A DNA stretch of 64,000 nt from Azolla caroliniana. Its lineage: Eukaryota; Plantae; Polypodiophyta. Shown piece by piece: positions 11,580-25,382 of this stretch. Numbering within the stretch: the stretch's first letter is position 1; every line of letters begins with the position of its first letter. The stretch is taken from NCBI GenBank assembly GCA_043228905.1, contig JBHGNT010000001.1, forward strand, positions 26,660,001 to 26,724,000, given 5' to 3'. Made by a program: the position numbers and the translations under genes. The notes below the pieces were generated by a model. That model was given only the letters and a program-made list of their open reading frames with translations. It searched no databases and had not been told where the DNA came from.

Positions 11580-13423
11580 GCCACATGTGCTATACATGTT
11601 TAGATAACTCTTGTAATGACTATATTTTTTGTTCTTTTGTGATGCCACTTGTATGATGCAAAAGAGGAAGCCATTCTTGGGGCGCTCATCACTTTGCCGA
11701 CTTGTATGGCACCAGATAAAACCATTCTTAACAAGCTGAGAACACTTGTCTGCCCCTCTAGCAAGCTGAAAGCTACCTCGGCAATATAATGTTATAGCTC
11801 ATCCTTTGGGTGGACAAAGAGGTTGGCTCTAGCATTATATTGATGAGTGCGGTTTTCATGTTCAAAGAAGATTGCCTTTGTAATTTGATAAAAAGTAAAT
11901 TTGTTTGAAATGTGAGGTTTGACATCTTTTCCAAGCTGTGATATTTTGATGTTACACATCCTAAAGCGTTTAAAGCATTCCATATTCTGAAGCATTTATT
12001 TATGTCAATGTTTCCTTTTTTTAACTGTTTCCAATTTAATCCCATTATCTCTACAGGTTTAGTGTTCCAATCTTAACAGGTAGGACCATGTATGTTGCTT
12101 GTATCTCCTCTTCAAGACACTTCATGAGAACACTTTTGAGTATTTTCAAGCATTTCCAAATGAACTAAAGCATGTGATAGCTTCATACCTCAACTCTGTA
12201 GGTAAGTGATGGTGCCACTGAAGTATCAAAGAAATATGTATCAAGATTTGGTTTATCCTCCATTGCTTATGTTCTCAAACCCATAGTAAGCCCTCTTTAC
12301 CTCCAAGCATTATTAGCACGTCATTCTATCTATGATAGGAGGGAACCTCAAGCCCAAGGCATTTAAGCTTTCTACCACTATCATACACAATGCTTGGTTT
12401 ATCTTTTGTTTTGTTCATTCACAAGCAAGAGCCTTTAGAGCCCCAAACACTTGATTTACAAGTTTCCATACTTCAAAAGCATTCATTATCTACATATATA
12501 CATATAACAAAAGCATGATAAGCAAACATTGGATTGTTATTTCTTCAGCGTTTTATTGTTTTTACAAACTAATCAACTGTTTATTTTAATCCATTCATGA
12601 TTAAACCACAGAGGGTTGGTGATAGTGGCAACCTTGCTTAGTACAGCACTAGTGAAAAAATATCAAACACATTAGCTCATAGATGTAGACAAACACATTA
12701 ACTCATAGATGCAAGAAATTGCAAGCAGAAGTTCTTCATAGATCCCTACATATGCTCATGATACACCATATTAAACAATTTCTTGAAGTCTGACATATTT
12801 TCGACAACCTACTTGTACACCTCCTTCCGCCCTATTTCACCATGTAGTTAGCATTGCTCCCATAACATTGTCATAAAAGAATCAATCATGATAATTTTAT
12901 AGACGATGAGAGGTTGGGATACATAGATAGAGAGCAAGGGAGAAAGAGATAATTAGTTCAAGGCCTACATTTGACCTTGGCAAGCAGTATAGTGCACATA
13001 GTGTGATTTGAATCCAAGTACATGGGCCAGTAAAAACCTGGCATGCCACTAAATAGAGCTTAAATATGAAAGGTAATGATGTCCAGAGGGTTCAAACCGA
13101 TCCTTTGGAAAAACTAATTTATGATGGTTTAACAAGATTCAAACATGTCAGCTTATTTTCATCCCTACATTGTAACGACTATACTAGCTTCATTTCAATT
13201 ATAATACATAACCGATTTATTTGAAGTATTTGTTACTAACCTCCATTTAAATCAGTTTACAATCACTTTCAAATATTGAGAGAGGAAATTAGAGATGCTT
13301 CTATTATCTCAAAGGGAGAAATCTAATTTGATTTTTGGTAATGCAAACACATAATTGGATCATTGTCAATAACAATGAGATGGTATGAATACATTTAGTA
13401 CTTGCATTTGGTATAAACCTCCA

Positions 13424-14409
13424 TTACTTGAGGGTTTTCACATATTGATGGAGGGCGGCATTGAAAAGCTCACATCTGCGCAAAATAGTATTATTAACAA
13501 ATGGATATAACAGGTGAACTTGAAGGATAAGTTTATGAAGCAATTCGACTAGAAATATAGATATGCAAACTTACCTGAAAGATTCTCCTGGTGTATAGAG
13601 AGGATTCTTTATTACATATTCCACATATATATTGCTATAAATATACCGCAATGCCTCACGAAGATCGCCCATAGCTGGATCAGTAACTAACACTATCTGT
13701 GTTGAAAAAATGGATGATATGTATGGCTTCTCGTAAATTATAATGCAAACAAAATGCCAAAGCAATGTGTGTTTACATATGTATTATAAGAAAATGCAGG
13801 ACACCTTGATTCCTGAAGGAGTTTCCAAAAGATTTAACTTGTATGTGTTGGTTGAAAAGGCATAGAAGGAGCAACCTTGACCAGGTAATTGCGGCACACC
13901 CAAATAGCCCTTATCGTTGCTGAAATTTCACAACTAAAACCGATAAGCTAAACATGTCGATTCTAGCATCAACAATATACATTCCTATAAATATATGTAT
14001 CTATGATCTCAAGTAGGTGGACAAATGTATTAATGTATGTGGCAAAAAAATGCAAGAATTGTATATATCTACTAACTATAACGCACACATGATAAATTTT
14101 TTCTTCCTCTGAACTGGGGCATTGCATCACCAAACAATAGTCACCATTACTATAAATGTTTTAATGAGTTTTGCCAAAGAACGTAAATTTACCATCAAAA
14201 GAGTACAGGATACTAGAACCCATGCATTATACCCTAAGCAGTGACTTGATTTCTAATCAGAAGATTGTCTTTCAGAGTTCAAACTTCATATCGGTATTTG
14301 ATAACTTGGATTAGGAAAGGACAAAATGCAACAAATAGGGTCACAAATTAGAGTTGTGACACAATGGGAGGGATAGAGAGAGAGAGAGAGGCATGGCACA
14401 AGACACAAA

Positions 14410-14448
<39 letters not shown>

Positions 14449-15089
14449 GAGAAGGAAACATGAAAGTTATAGAGTGACAAAAGAACATGAAAGAAATGGC
14501 TTGTGTACATATGAGAGGCATTGTGAAAGAACAGTGATCTATGCATCCATCACATCAGCAGAAGCACATGGAAGGAGCTAATAGCACAAGCACATTTCCA
14601 AATCAATCAAGAATGGGCAAGATAACATACACACAGAAACAGACAGACAAATACATGCATAGAAGCAAATATGATCAGATACACACACACATACATCTAC
14701 ATACCAAGCAGGCATAGGCGCACCTTTACTTTAGCAAATGCATTATATTATTCAAAATTTCACATATATACATACACATGTAGACATCCAGAGAGACAGA
14801 TACACAGACAGGGATATGGAAAACAAGCAAAAGGAAGTATAAAAGGAGGATCAGGGAGAAACTAGTACAAACAGTGGGGTGGGGGGAGAGAGAGAGAGAG
14901 AGACCTGGTGGGATCCATCTTGAGAGTGAAGGAACGGAGGGAGAAGAGGAGGCCGAACATGAGCTTGTGGTCCTGAGGGGCGGAGAGCGTGGTGAGGGGT
15001 CGATGCCAGGCATGGTAGTAGAGGCAGACGCCATTCCTGTTGAAGATGTAGATGCACCTCATGCGAGTGGGGAGCAGAGCAGTCGCCAT
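13424..15089 (-). CDS. TRAPPC1: Trafficking protein particle complex subunit 1 (Bet5)
   Basis: Exons 15089-14905, 13919-13805, 13696-13575 and 13475-13424 splice in frame: YIFNRNGVCLYYHAWHRPL...QDHKLMFGLLFSLRSFTLKMDP...GVPQLPGQGCSFYAFSTNTYKLNLLETPSGIKIVLVTDP...YVEYVIKNPLY...CELFNAALHQYVKTLK*. Confidence 0.95.
14376..14452. repeat. (GA)n and (GAAA)n microsatellites in TRAPPC1 intron 1
   Basis: The GA and GAAA runs are directly visible. Confidence 0.9.
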
Positions 15090-15185
15090 GTCCTGCTCCT
15101 CCTGCTCCTCCTCTTCTCCTTCAAAGTTTCACATACATACATACATACATACATACATACATACATAGTACATACATACAAATTA

Positions 15186-15380
15186 TGAATGAAGAAAAGA
15201 AGTAGAAGAACTTCAAACTCTCTTCTTGCTTCTTGCTTCTTCTTCTTCTTCTTCTTCTTGGGCTCTCTCTATAAGAAGCAATGAATGAATACGAGTTATG
15301 AAGTAATGAAGTAATTACTAATGAATGAATAAGAAGTAGAACTTCAAAATCTCTTGTTGCTTCTTCTTGTTGGGCTCTCG
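15186..15380. repeat. Imperfect tandem duplication containing (CTT)n, upstream of TRAPPC1
   Basis: ATGAATGAA...GAAGTAGAA..CTTCAAA.TCTCTT.TTGCTTCTT...TTGGGCTCTC occurs at ~15186 and ~15321. Confidence 0.75.
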
Positions 15381-18300
15381 ATGCAAGTTCCTCGCACTCT
15401 TCGAACCATCGGCGAGTGACCAATGTATTCTCTCCATGTGTGTGTGTGTGCGCGCACGCGCGTGTTTGCTCCGGTGCGTGTCTCTCTTTGTAATTTCTCT
15501 GTCGCCACGAAGAGATCTAGTGTCCTGACGCCAATGGTGCATGGTGCGACCCACCCCCCTTGACCCATACCCAATTTGCCGATTTTCGTAGATGCAAGAA
15601 TCCAAGTGGGAATTCTGTAGTCACATACAAAGTGCATGTTACGAAACAACCAATAGGTTCAAAGACCATGATGTCGTTAGTGGACACACACAAAGACGGG
15701 GCTATAGAGTCAATACCTCTCAAAGCTAGAGATACTGGTCAATATAGGAAGGTAGCTAGTGTAGAGGTTTTAGGTGTTGCATAAAGTTTAAAATGGGGAA
15801 TTGAAAACAAGAGTCATGTAAAGGGGGCGGAAAAGTGACACCTCATTTATACACAATGAGGTAAGGGTTAAATTATACCCTATAATAGAGGGGGGGGGGG
15901 GGGAGAATATGATTGGGGGTGGGGAGGATATTTCGTGATTGATCCATCATATGGTAAGAGCATCCAAGAGCACCGTGTTCAATGTCTTAATGTAAGTTGA
16001 TTCATATAAATTTTATATTCTCAATTTGTTCTATTAAATTGGTATTTGTGTCTTTGGTGGCTTTCATTGTCCTCTCAACTCAACTATTGGCCAAAGGTCT
16101 TGCGCTTGTCCACACGCGTGACACAAAATGCCTACATTTGTTACTATACACTATGTTGGGTGAAATTGTGAGCAAAACCACTAGGCTCTTGAAGTAGGGG
16201 AAGTGGTGAATTAAGTTATCTCGAAGGGCTCAACACAACTCATATCTTGGAAGTTGGAGTGTTTCACTTCCAAATCTCATTATCGAGTCTTGAGGGGTCA
16301 TATTCCTCGAGGGGACGTCACTTTCCAATCGCAAAAACCACAATGTGATCGATGGAAGACTCATCCGAGTCAAGCATTTGATTCTATTATTACACAACCT
16401 ATTTGTGCCTTGTGGACTTTGCAAAAATCATCACTCTTTTTATCTCGTAGGGGGTTGGGTACATGCAACTAAATCTATGGATCATGATTTGTATCAACAC
16501 AAATTATGGGAATACCTAGAGTGATGCATTCTTGGAGGTCAATAAATTATTCATGTTGATCAGTAATTGTCACAATATTAGGTAAATTTGACATATATTG
16601 AACTCTTCCAAGATATCTTTTCAATTGGGAGTGAATAGATGAGATGGTATTGTATGAGACAACTTCATTATTAGAGTCCACAGACGGAGTCTCTAACACG
16701 TTGGGATAACTACTCTTGCATCTCCCAATGAAGAAAGCCCGCCCTTTTGATTCTTGGAATGAACTTGCTTCTAGCATAGTCCCGTACAAGTAGGTGAGTT
16801 AGAGTGTACTAGAAGTTTTGGTTTATTCCTAGTATATCAACGCATAAAAACACTTACCTCTCCACTCCATGCAATCATACAAACCTCAAATGTTTCTTAG
16901 GTTTATTTAAAATTAATACAATCCTAATTTCTACACTAATTAAGAAATACATTTGTCGCAACTAAATATATAATCACCGTATAAAAAACATAAGAGATGT
17001 CTCAATTAAATAGATAATTACTAGATAAAAAACATGTACATCTCAAATAATTAGGTGGAAAAGCTACATGGAGGAAATTGGCTCTTGGTGGATGTAAAGG
17101 GGAGAGCATGAGGATAAAAAGGTAGCCCAAATGTTAGGGCACCTAATGGTCACTTTTACATCAGAATTCTTACCCTTTCTATACAAGGTGGAAACCCTTT
17201 CCATCTAACATTGGTTTTGATGCAATTGCTTTTTATACTCCATCTGGAAGTTGTGTGCGCAAGTTGTATGTTGATGTGCTCTTGACAATTATGTTTATGA
17301 GTGCATGTATGTGCTTTCAATCATGTGCATGAATACGTGAACGTGGGTTTAAGTGAAAGTAGGGTAAGTGTGTGTTTAATCATTTTTGGAATATTGTATG
17401 TGTGCTTGTTTGTTTGTGGATATGTGTATACATTTTTTTTTTGTGTGTGCGGAATTGCAAGTGGGTATGTATGTGAAGGCATTGGATATATATGTGTATA
17501 AGGGTGAGAGAAAGTGTGAACGTAACCTTAGTTTCATATTTGTGTGTATATAAGTGTATGTGTTAGAAACTTTAGGAGTTTGGGGTGGGTGGGTTTAGGA
17601 AATAAGTCGAGAGGAAAGGGGGTTGGAGTTGTGTGTGTGGGTAATGGGGGGACGTGTGTGTGTGTGTGTGTAAACTTTAACGGAGAAAAGGGTTTAGATA
17701 TGATGCCTTCACCACCTCTTCCTATCACGTGAAAGAACAATTAATGTCAGGCACAATGCACACTACAGTGCCTCGTTGCGCTAGCCAAGAGAACCTTTGA
17801 GTGGACAATAAAGTTATAATTTACTTCCTAAAAATAGATCAAGATAGCCCATTGTTTTAGCAAGTTATGCCCAACTTTCAACAACCACCTTACTTGAAAC
17901 TCAAAATTTGCATGACATACCAAACCAACACTTACATTGGCCTTGAACCAAAGCTACTTCTTGAGTTTTCTTCGAATGAAAAAATACAACCACCCCATAC
18001 TAACTAGAACAGAAGACGCCTTTTGCTTGTGTGTCTTGTAGAGTGACAATAATGATAGCCTTGGTTGATCCAAAGTTGCTTCCAATTCATTGAAGCTTCA
18101 ATCATGACCATCATATAATAAACTTAGGTTTTAGGTGCATTCCTCCATTATGCATAGCATGTCACAAATAGTATACATTTACATTTGTCCTTTGTTGGTC
18201 TATGCTCATGCAAAAATATGCACTTGTAACCATCTTTTCAAAACCGGAGACAATAGGCAAGCACATCATTGACAATCTCTGCTTTTCTACAAGTTTTGAT

Positions 18301-19890
18301 GTCATTCTCTTTGTGCAAATTGGTTCACTGAGATGGCACACTTCATTCCATGCACAATAGCGAGAGACAACAAATTTGGTTATGTAAGAAGTATTCGAGC
18401 ATTATGTTTTTCTAGCCATGATCATGTATGCCTCTTAGGAAGTAATGTGAGACCAATAAGTATTGCACTATCAATGACTTAGTTCATCTATGATGTCTAA
18501 AGCAATACATAGATGTGCATATCATGATCTTGATCTTCCTCCTCGTATACATCTCCCTCTAGTGATCTATGTATCCATTTTGGAACCTTATGCATTGACC
18601 TCTATTCTAAATCATGTTATTCCTTCCCCATCCCTATTTAGCTTGCATTGATACTATTTTCCACATATAATAATATTTTGAAGAATAGTCAATATTTGCA
18701 ACTATCATCAAGTGCACGTGAAAGAGGGGTTTCTAAGATAAATGAGATAAAAATAAACTATCATAAAACATTAGAGTATGTTGATATACGGGGCAACAAC
18801 ACAACAAATGAGACTATCATTAGAGATGATATGTGAAATGAAAGCTTTGAAGCATGTGGAAAGGAATAAAGAATAGAAGAATTGGATCGTTGATAACAAC
18901 ATCACGTTGATCAATGAATAAGTCATGACATATGTGTAGAAATATCATCCTTCTATAATATGAAATGGGTTTATGTAGGAGTATTTTTGTCATTATGGAT
19001 TACATCACGTTTTGCTATATTAGATGGGTTTTTGGCAATGTTAGCGTTGTTTTCAGCATAACAAGCTACTTTGTTATGTAGTTCTATGAAAATCTGTTAT
19101 ATTGAGGCTTTTGGGCAATGAACAAACAATTTAGAATCTTAATGGAGTGCAAAGTTAGACATTTGTCATTTCTACAATTAGTTTGACATGTTTTGAAAAT
19201 ATAAGTTCAATTTGGTGTAGGTTGCATAACAAATCATCATGTTGCATGGACTATTGTTGTGAGTCACATTGGAAAGGACTTCTATGGGCAACCATGACAA
19301 AGTAATCTCTTCATTGGGTTTAAAGTAAGCAATATCCTCTTCTAGATTTATAGAAAGGTTGTTAATTATTAAAACAAGCATAAGTTAGAATCATAGTGAT
19401 GCATCTAAATAGGAACATTATTGTTTTCATCCATATACCCTTCTACTCAAACATGTCACCCTTCGTTTTCCTTGTTGTAATAATTAGTGATGCCTTTGAG
19501 TAGCCAATGTCCATGTGGAAAGCCACACCAATATTTTTATGATAGTAGCTCATATGGATTTTGGCTACACAAAGTGTATTGATTGGACTTCGTCAAGTGT
19601 AGGTTACTAAATACGTTAGTAGAATTTTATTATGATCGCTCAAGAAACAAAGTTATGAGACAAAATATTAAGCAAGTTTGAACATGAATCAATAATAGAC
19701 AATTATTTAAATGTAAGAGATACAACGTCATGACACTATTTAGGACTAACAATAGGATATTAGAAGCACCAATCTGGATTAAATGTGAGGATCTAGTCGG
19801 ACGTAAGGATGGGGTCAATGCCAAAGTAGTTGACAATAAATAATTGGAAGTTATTTTTCCTTTATTTACTCACAAGTCACAACTAGCTAT

Positions 19891-22800
19891 GCTGAAATTC
19901 AACGTTGTACTGAGGTAGTGGTGCCTGATGTCATCATGGTGCAGGAGCACCATCTAGATGGGAATAAGATCGATAAAATTGGAAGCATTTGCCTTGGGAA
20001 TTTGACCAATACATGGTCAACAGCTATGGGGGATAGACAGATTCATGGGGGAGTACTTATAACTATGAAAGCTAAGTTTACTGTTGACTGTACAGGCAAG
20101 GGGAGTTTAATAGAAGGTCATGCTGTCTATATAAGGATAAAACATAGTTGTGGGCACTTGGGCATACTGAACATATATGCCCCAAATTCAGCTGCTGAAA
20201 GACAAGAATTCTGGTTGCGACTAGTGGCCAAGAAACCAGATGTTAAGTTGTGGATCATTGGAGGAGACTTTAATATGGTGGAGCATCCAGAAGATAGAAG
20301 AGGAAATGCAAATGGCACGGTGCAGGTGACGGAGAAGGATACATGGGATCAGTTTTGTTTAACATATAATGTGATAGACTTTTGGAATGCACCTAACTTT
20401 CAAATCCAAAAAGAAAAATCTCTTTGATACTCTAGAGTAGGAGGAAGCGTGCATGGGAGGACGATGTCCAGGCTGGACGGATGGTATTTGGACCCTCGAC
20501 TCATGGATAGGAAAGGCAGATGCATTATTTGTCTTGGTACAATGTTCTTAGATCATGCCCCGGTTCTATTGCATGTTAGATATAATCAATGATCAACCCC
20601 AAGTTGCAAATCTATCCCCATATGTGCTCGTAATGAGGAGTGGCTAGTGTGCAACTCGACCATATGGGTCAATAAGGTGTTAATCTAGGAAACCGTAGAT
20701 GCGTAGGACACAATGGATTTAGGAAAGAGCGAAATAGGTAATAGGATTGGCTAATCAAGTCAACTAGAATATTTTGTGGGCAAGTTACAATGTACTTAGT
20801 CTTGAAGTATGTGCCATTGACTTCAAGATAAATACTATCTAGCACTAGCTTGTATCTAGGAGTTGGGTCATATTAAATGACAAGTTAGTTGACAAAAAAA
20901 AATATCTCCACTACTATCAACTGACATGCACATTTAATGTTACACTCAGACCAAACAGAGAATATAATCCACTCTCTTACACAGTGGTGTATTGATCATC
21001 AGTCCCCACTAATTTTGTAGTGAGCTGGTCCAGATCCCATCTAAGCTCCAAGGTGTGAGCCCATGGGTGAACCACCATTGTGAGCTACTCTCATATGTAA
21101 TAGAAGTTTTGTTTTCATATATCCATCTCTGTGGTTGTAACTCTATATACCTGTCTAATCGATTCTCAATATTTCTAACATGCACATACAAGAAAACAAT
21201 CGATGCAAGCCACATAATGTGAAGGTGAGCAAGGAATTGGTTATGGATACTAAATGAACTGATGATATACGAAAAATATGGTCTAATATCAAATGGAGGT
21301 GCCTTGACCCTACTCATAGGCTGGCTAGGAAACTTGAGGAATGTGCATTGATTTTTCGGCAAAAAGCAATTGAAATAAGAAAAGAGAGAAGGGAGAAAAT
21401 GCAGAGAATGCAATGGACACTCACTTCTATGCAACAACTAAGAGAATTATACCCACATAATGTATGGATTGAGGCTCGACTAGAGGAGGCCAAAAGCAAA
21501 TAGAGATGTACCAGAAACTTAGGAGTACCTATGCCTATCGAAGTAAGCCAACAAGTTGGATGAGGGTAGGAGATCGGGTTACTAAAGGATTTTTTGGAGC
21601 TGTCAAATGCAAAGGATTTGGGATTCAACCTTCATGTTTAAAAAAGACAGATGACACAATGACCACATGCAAAGAGGAGATGCTTGAAATAGCCACAAGC
21701 TATTATACTCAAAGTCTACTAAATGTATGCAATGAGGAACTGATTGATTAGGTTGCCTTAGAACCATAATAAATAGGATACCAAGGAAAGTTACGGCTCA
21801 AATGAACTTGGGGACATTATACATACAACACAAATTGGCTTCCGGAAAAACCGGAGCATTGTTGACAATGTGATAACATTTTGGGAATACTCAGCATGGG
21901 CAGAGGAGCAAGAAGTGGACTTGACAGTAATGCTACTCGGCTTCAAAAAAGCATATGACTGGATTTCATGGGAATTCCTAGAGGCAGTGATGGCAACCCT
22001 AGGCTTTGAACAACAATGGATCCTTGAAATGGGTGCCTTTTACATAGGAGCATCCAGCCAAGTTTTAATAACTGGAAGTTTGGGGAAGAGCTTTAAGGTG
22101 CTACGTTTAGTATGCCAAGGATGCCCATTGGCCCATACTTATACATCATTGCAGCAGAAGCTTTGCATTATCAAATTGCTGATAGATCTTGGAAAATACA
22201 AGGCCTTACCTTGCTCGATGATGTAGGTATGGTGCTTGATACGACATATGTTGATGACACAACGACCTATGTCAAGGGTGATGCAAACAACTTGGGTAGA
22301 TTGCAAAATGCAATTGATGAGTTTTGTAGGGGATCAGATGCTAAAATAAATTGGAATAAATCAATGGGTATTTGGATCAGTAATAAGCCCGTGTTAAATT
22401 GGGCCCCTGACCCCAATTTCAGATGGTTGAGGAGAGGCGAAGCTACTAGATACTCGGGCTTCAAAATTGGTATGGACATCGATCGAACAGAACACTACAA
22501 TCTACTAGTGGACAAAATAAAAGCGAAGCTAATATGGTGGAATGCAAGAAAACTATCCTTTGCGGGCAAGATTGTGATTGCAAATCAGATTCTAATGGCC
22601 ACTATATGGCATACTACTACATGTTGGATAATCGTGCCCAAGTTGATGAATTTGATAAAAAGGATTATCAGAAATTTCTTATGGTGGAGCACGGAGGAAA
22701 AACATGTCCGTGCAAAGGTTGCTTGGACCACACTTTAAAAAGGAAAAGTGAAGGTGGGGTGGGATTGATAGATCCTGTGGTGCAAACGAAGGTCTTGCTA

Positions 22801-24650
22801 GACAAACTAGTGGTCAGGAACTTACAACCTCCTGAGGCACCTTGGAAAGTTCTATGGCGACACAGATGAAAGATGCGGTTGCCGAGACAAGGTGGACGTT
22901 GGCCAAGCAACCCCTTTTGGGGCTTTGTGCTAGAAATGAGACCCAAATATTGGGGAAGTATACAGAGTCTCTATGTTGTTGGAATTATGAAAGCATGGCA
23001 AGAAATCAGAAAGGGGATCACATGTAGGTGGAGAAATGATGCATATGGTCGGATGTACATGCCAATTGTGTGGAACCCATTGATTAGAGGTGTGGATGGG
23101 TTGATGATAGGACAAAAAGCAAGCTTCAAATGGGCCGAGTTAATCAATGCCCAAGGGAATGCATTAGTGGAGTGGGAGAGGTTTTTGTCCAATGAGGCGG
23201 GCACTCAAAAGGCTAGAATATGGAGAATAAGCAAGGCTAAAGGCATGCTCAAGAGAATTATAGATGTCATTGCATGCTACAGACATACCTTGGAAGAGGA
23301 AGAAATAACTACCTCTAAAATTGTGTGGATAGGACTTATATAGATGCCGAGAATTTTTTAATTGGCATTAAGGGAATGAAAGCAGAGTCAAAATAGGCAT
23401 GCTACTACAAATTAGAGCACGGAATGGCAAGAGATGAGCAACCAACCTATCAAAGAGAAAGATTGATTAGGCTGATAGTAAAAATGGAAAGGATATGATT
23501 ATTGACCCTAAGCCAAGGGAGATCACACCGGCGATAGTGTGTTGGCCTACAAAAGTGGATTTGGATAAGCTATCATGGGACCCAGCGATGTATTTCTGGA
23601 GAACCCAAGGACGAATTGAAGGGGCAAAGCCGGTTCAATTTTTTAGGTACAACACGAAAATTGGGAGGCAAATTATTCTAGAACAAGAACACGACAAGAT
23701 TGCAGCAAAGAAATTTTGGATACATGAGGACATTAGTAAAATGAGACTAGATAAATTATGGAAAATGATATGGCATGACCGTTATGACCACAAGATAATG
23801 ATGTGTTTATGGCTTATTGCACATGGAGCCTTGCCGGTACGGACGTGGGGTAAAGGCCCCAATTTAGACCCTAGATGTATTGCATGTGGACAGATAGAAA
23901 GCATTTCCCATTGTCTATGGGAATGTTGCGAGGCAGTGGCTGTATGGGGAAGGGCATTACATTTGCTTTGCCATGCCTCTAGTTCGTTCACCCTCAACTA
24001 GGGACATGCTTGCTAGAAGTGTCTTGAGGATGATGTGGCGAAATACGATAGCCCATGCAATGCTAAGTACATAGGGGAGAATGGCATTGTTCGGCTTATC
24101 ACTGACAACAGGGTACCTACAGTTAGTGCATAGAAGCATAAACTTGGATATCTTTGGACGTTGCGTGCCCCCATTACCATATGGTGTATATGGACAACAA
24201 GGTGTACCAGGGTATTTTCAACAAACAAACACCCTCCAACTCAATTGATTAAGCTAATCTGGCACACATTAATAACTACATTGAGAGCTCAATATGAGCA
24301 GATTGATGGTATTGATGATGTTGTAGAATTAATGAGGCTAAATTTTAGAAAGTGGTGATGTACTACACTGATGGCCACATCAAATGGAATGGATATACAG
24401 TGGCAATATGTAGTGCCCATATGGTTGTTCCCCCCTCCCATTAGTTGAACGAGGGGCGTGAAAGAGATGTCATGTGGGATAGTGAATGTAGGTGATGTGT
24501 ATGAAAGGATGGCTAGAGGCACATGTGAAAGTGTAAGATAAATAAGTGAGATTTCTTATGAAGGTTATGGTAGTCTAGGCAAGGCCTACCTGAGAAAGGG
24601 ATCGAGTTTGTGCATATTTTAACTAATGGAGTATATTCTTTTTTGGAAAA
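19891..24650 (+). mobile_element. 5'-truncated, decayed L1-clade LINE (ORF2: endonuclease, RT, zinc finger)
   Basis: Endonuclease motifs VQEHH, LNIYAPN, IIGGDFN, SRLDGWY, DHAPV. RT motifs KAYDWISWEFL, QGCPLA, YVDDTT. Zinc finger CIACGQIESISHCLWEC. Many stops and frameshifts. Exact 17-bp TSD AAGTCACAACTAGCTAT at 19874-19890 and 24651-24667. Confidence 0.93.
20574..21180. mobile_element. Solo LTR nested in the LINE
   Basis: Ends TGTTAGA...TCTAACA, with flanking TGCA duplication (20570-20573 / 21181-21184). Removing it restores the LINE frame DHAPVLLH-IQENNRCKPH. Confidence 0.85.
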
Positions 24651-24719
24651 AAGTCACAACTAGCTATTCTACACTTTCAACCTTTTTCCTTGTCTTCTTT
24701 TCATCCTATATATTTGTTA

Positions 24720-24907
24720 CGGGCATGACCATATAATATCCCGTGGTAAGATTGTATTGTAGTATTCTTTACACTCTTGTTTAACCCTCTCACTTTATCC
24801 ACATGTATAGAATACTACGGTACAATCTTACCATAGGATATTATATGGTCATGCGTAAAGAATACTACGGCACAATCTTACCACGAGATATTATATGGTC
24901 ATGCCCG
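24720..24907. mobile_element. TA-flanked MITE-like fold-back element
   Basis: About 53-bp inverted termini CGGGCATGACCATATAATATC...TAGTATTCTTTAC / GTAAAGAATACTA...GATATTATATGGTCATGCCCG, with TA on both sides. An extra copy of the right arm lies at ~24810-24854. Confidence 0.75.
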
Positions 24908-25168
24908 TAAATATTTAACGAAAGTGCCAACACTCAAGAAAGATGAACTTATTCGTTATAAGAAGGATGAACTGATTCATCATAATGTCCTTGACAAGTT
25001 GGACTACTTAAAGATACCGTGACACTCATAAATTACATTGTAGTTTGTTGCTCGGGCCCTTTTATAGTTATTGAATTGAATAAATGCAGATGTATTATAA
25101 TTTATTTATTTATTTTTGCCATTTATCCACACTTAGCATACTAAACATTTGAAAGAGTTAAATCGCTA

Positions 25169-25382
25169 AAGAATTTCAACATTTTTAAAGGAGTTTCTTG
25201 TCTAACTTGAAAGGGATTTCAACCTAACCTCCTCCTTGTTTCCTTTTGCAAGTTTGATCTTTCATCCTTGATTCTAAATAGATAAAGAATTTCAACATTG
25301 ATAAAGGAGTTTGTGGCCTAATCTGAAAGGGATTTCAATTCTCGACCCCTAACCTAACTTGTTTCCTTGTGCAAGATTGATG
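25169..25382. repeat. Diverged tandem duplication, about 115-bp period
   Basis: AAGAATTTCAACATT..TAAAGGAGTTT...GAAAGGGATTTCAA...CTTGTTTCCTT.TGCAAG.TTGAT occurs twice. Confidence 0.8.

Noticed and set aside
15990-19860. Short ORFs and possible transposase or LINE debris
   Set aside because: Only vague motif resemblance and no splice-consistent gene model. A TE library search is needed.
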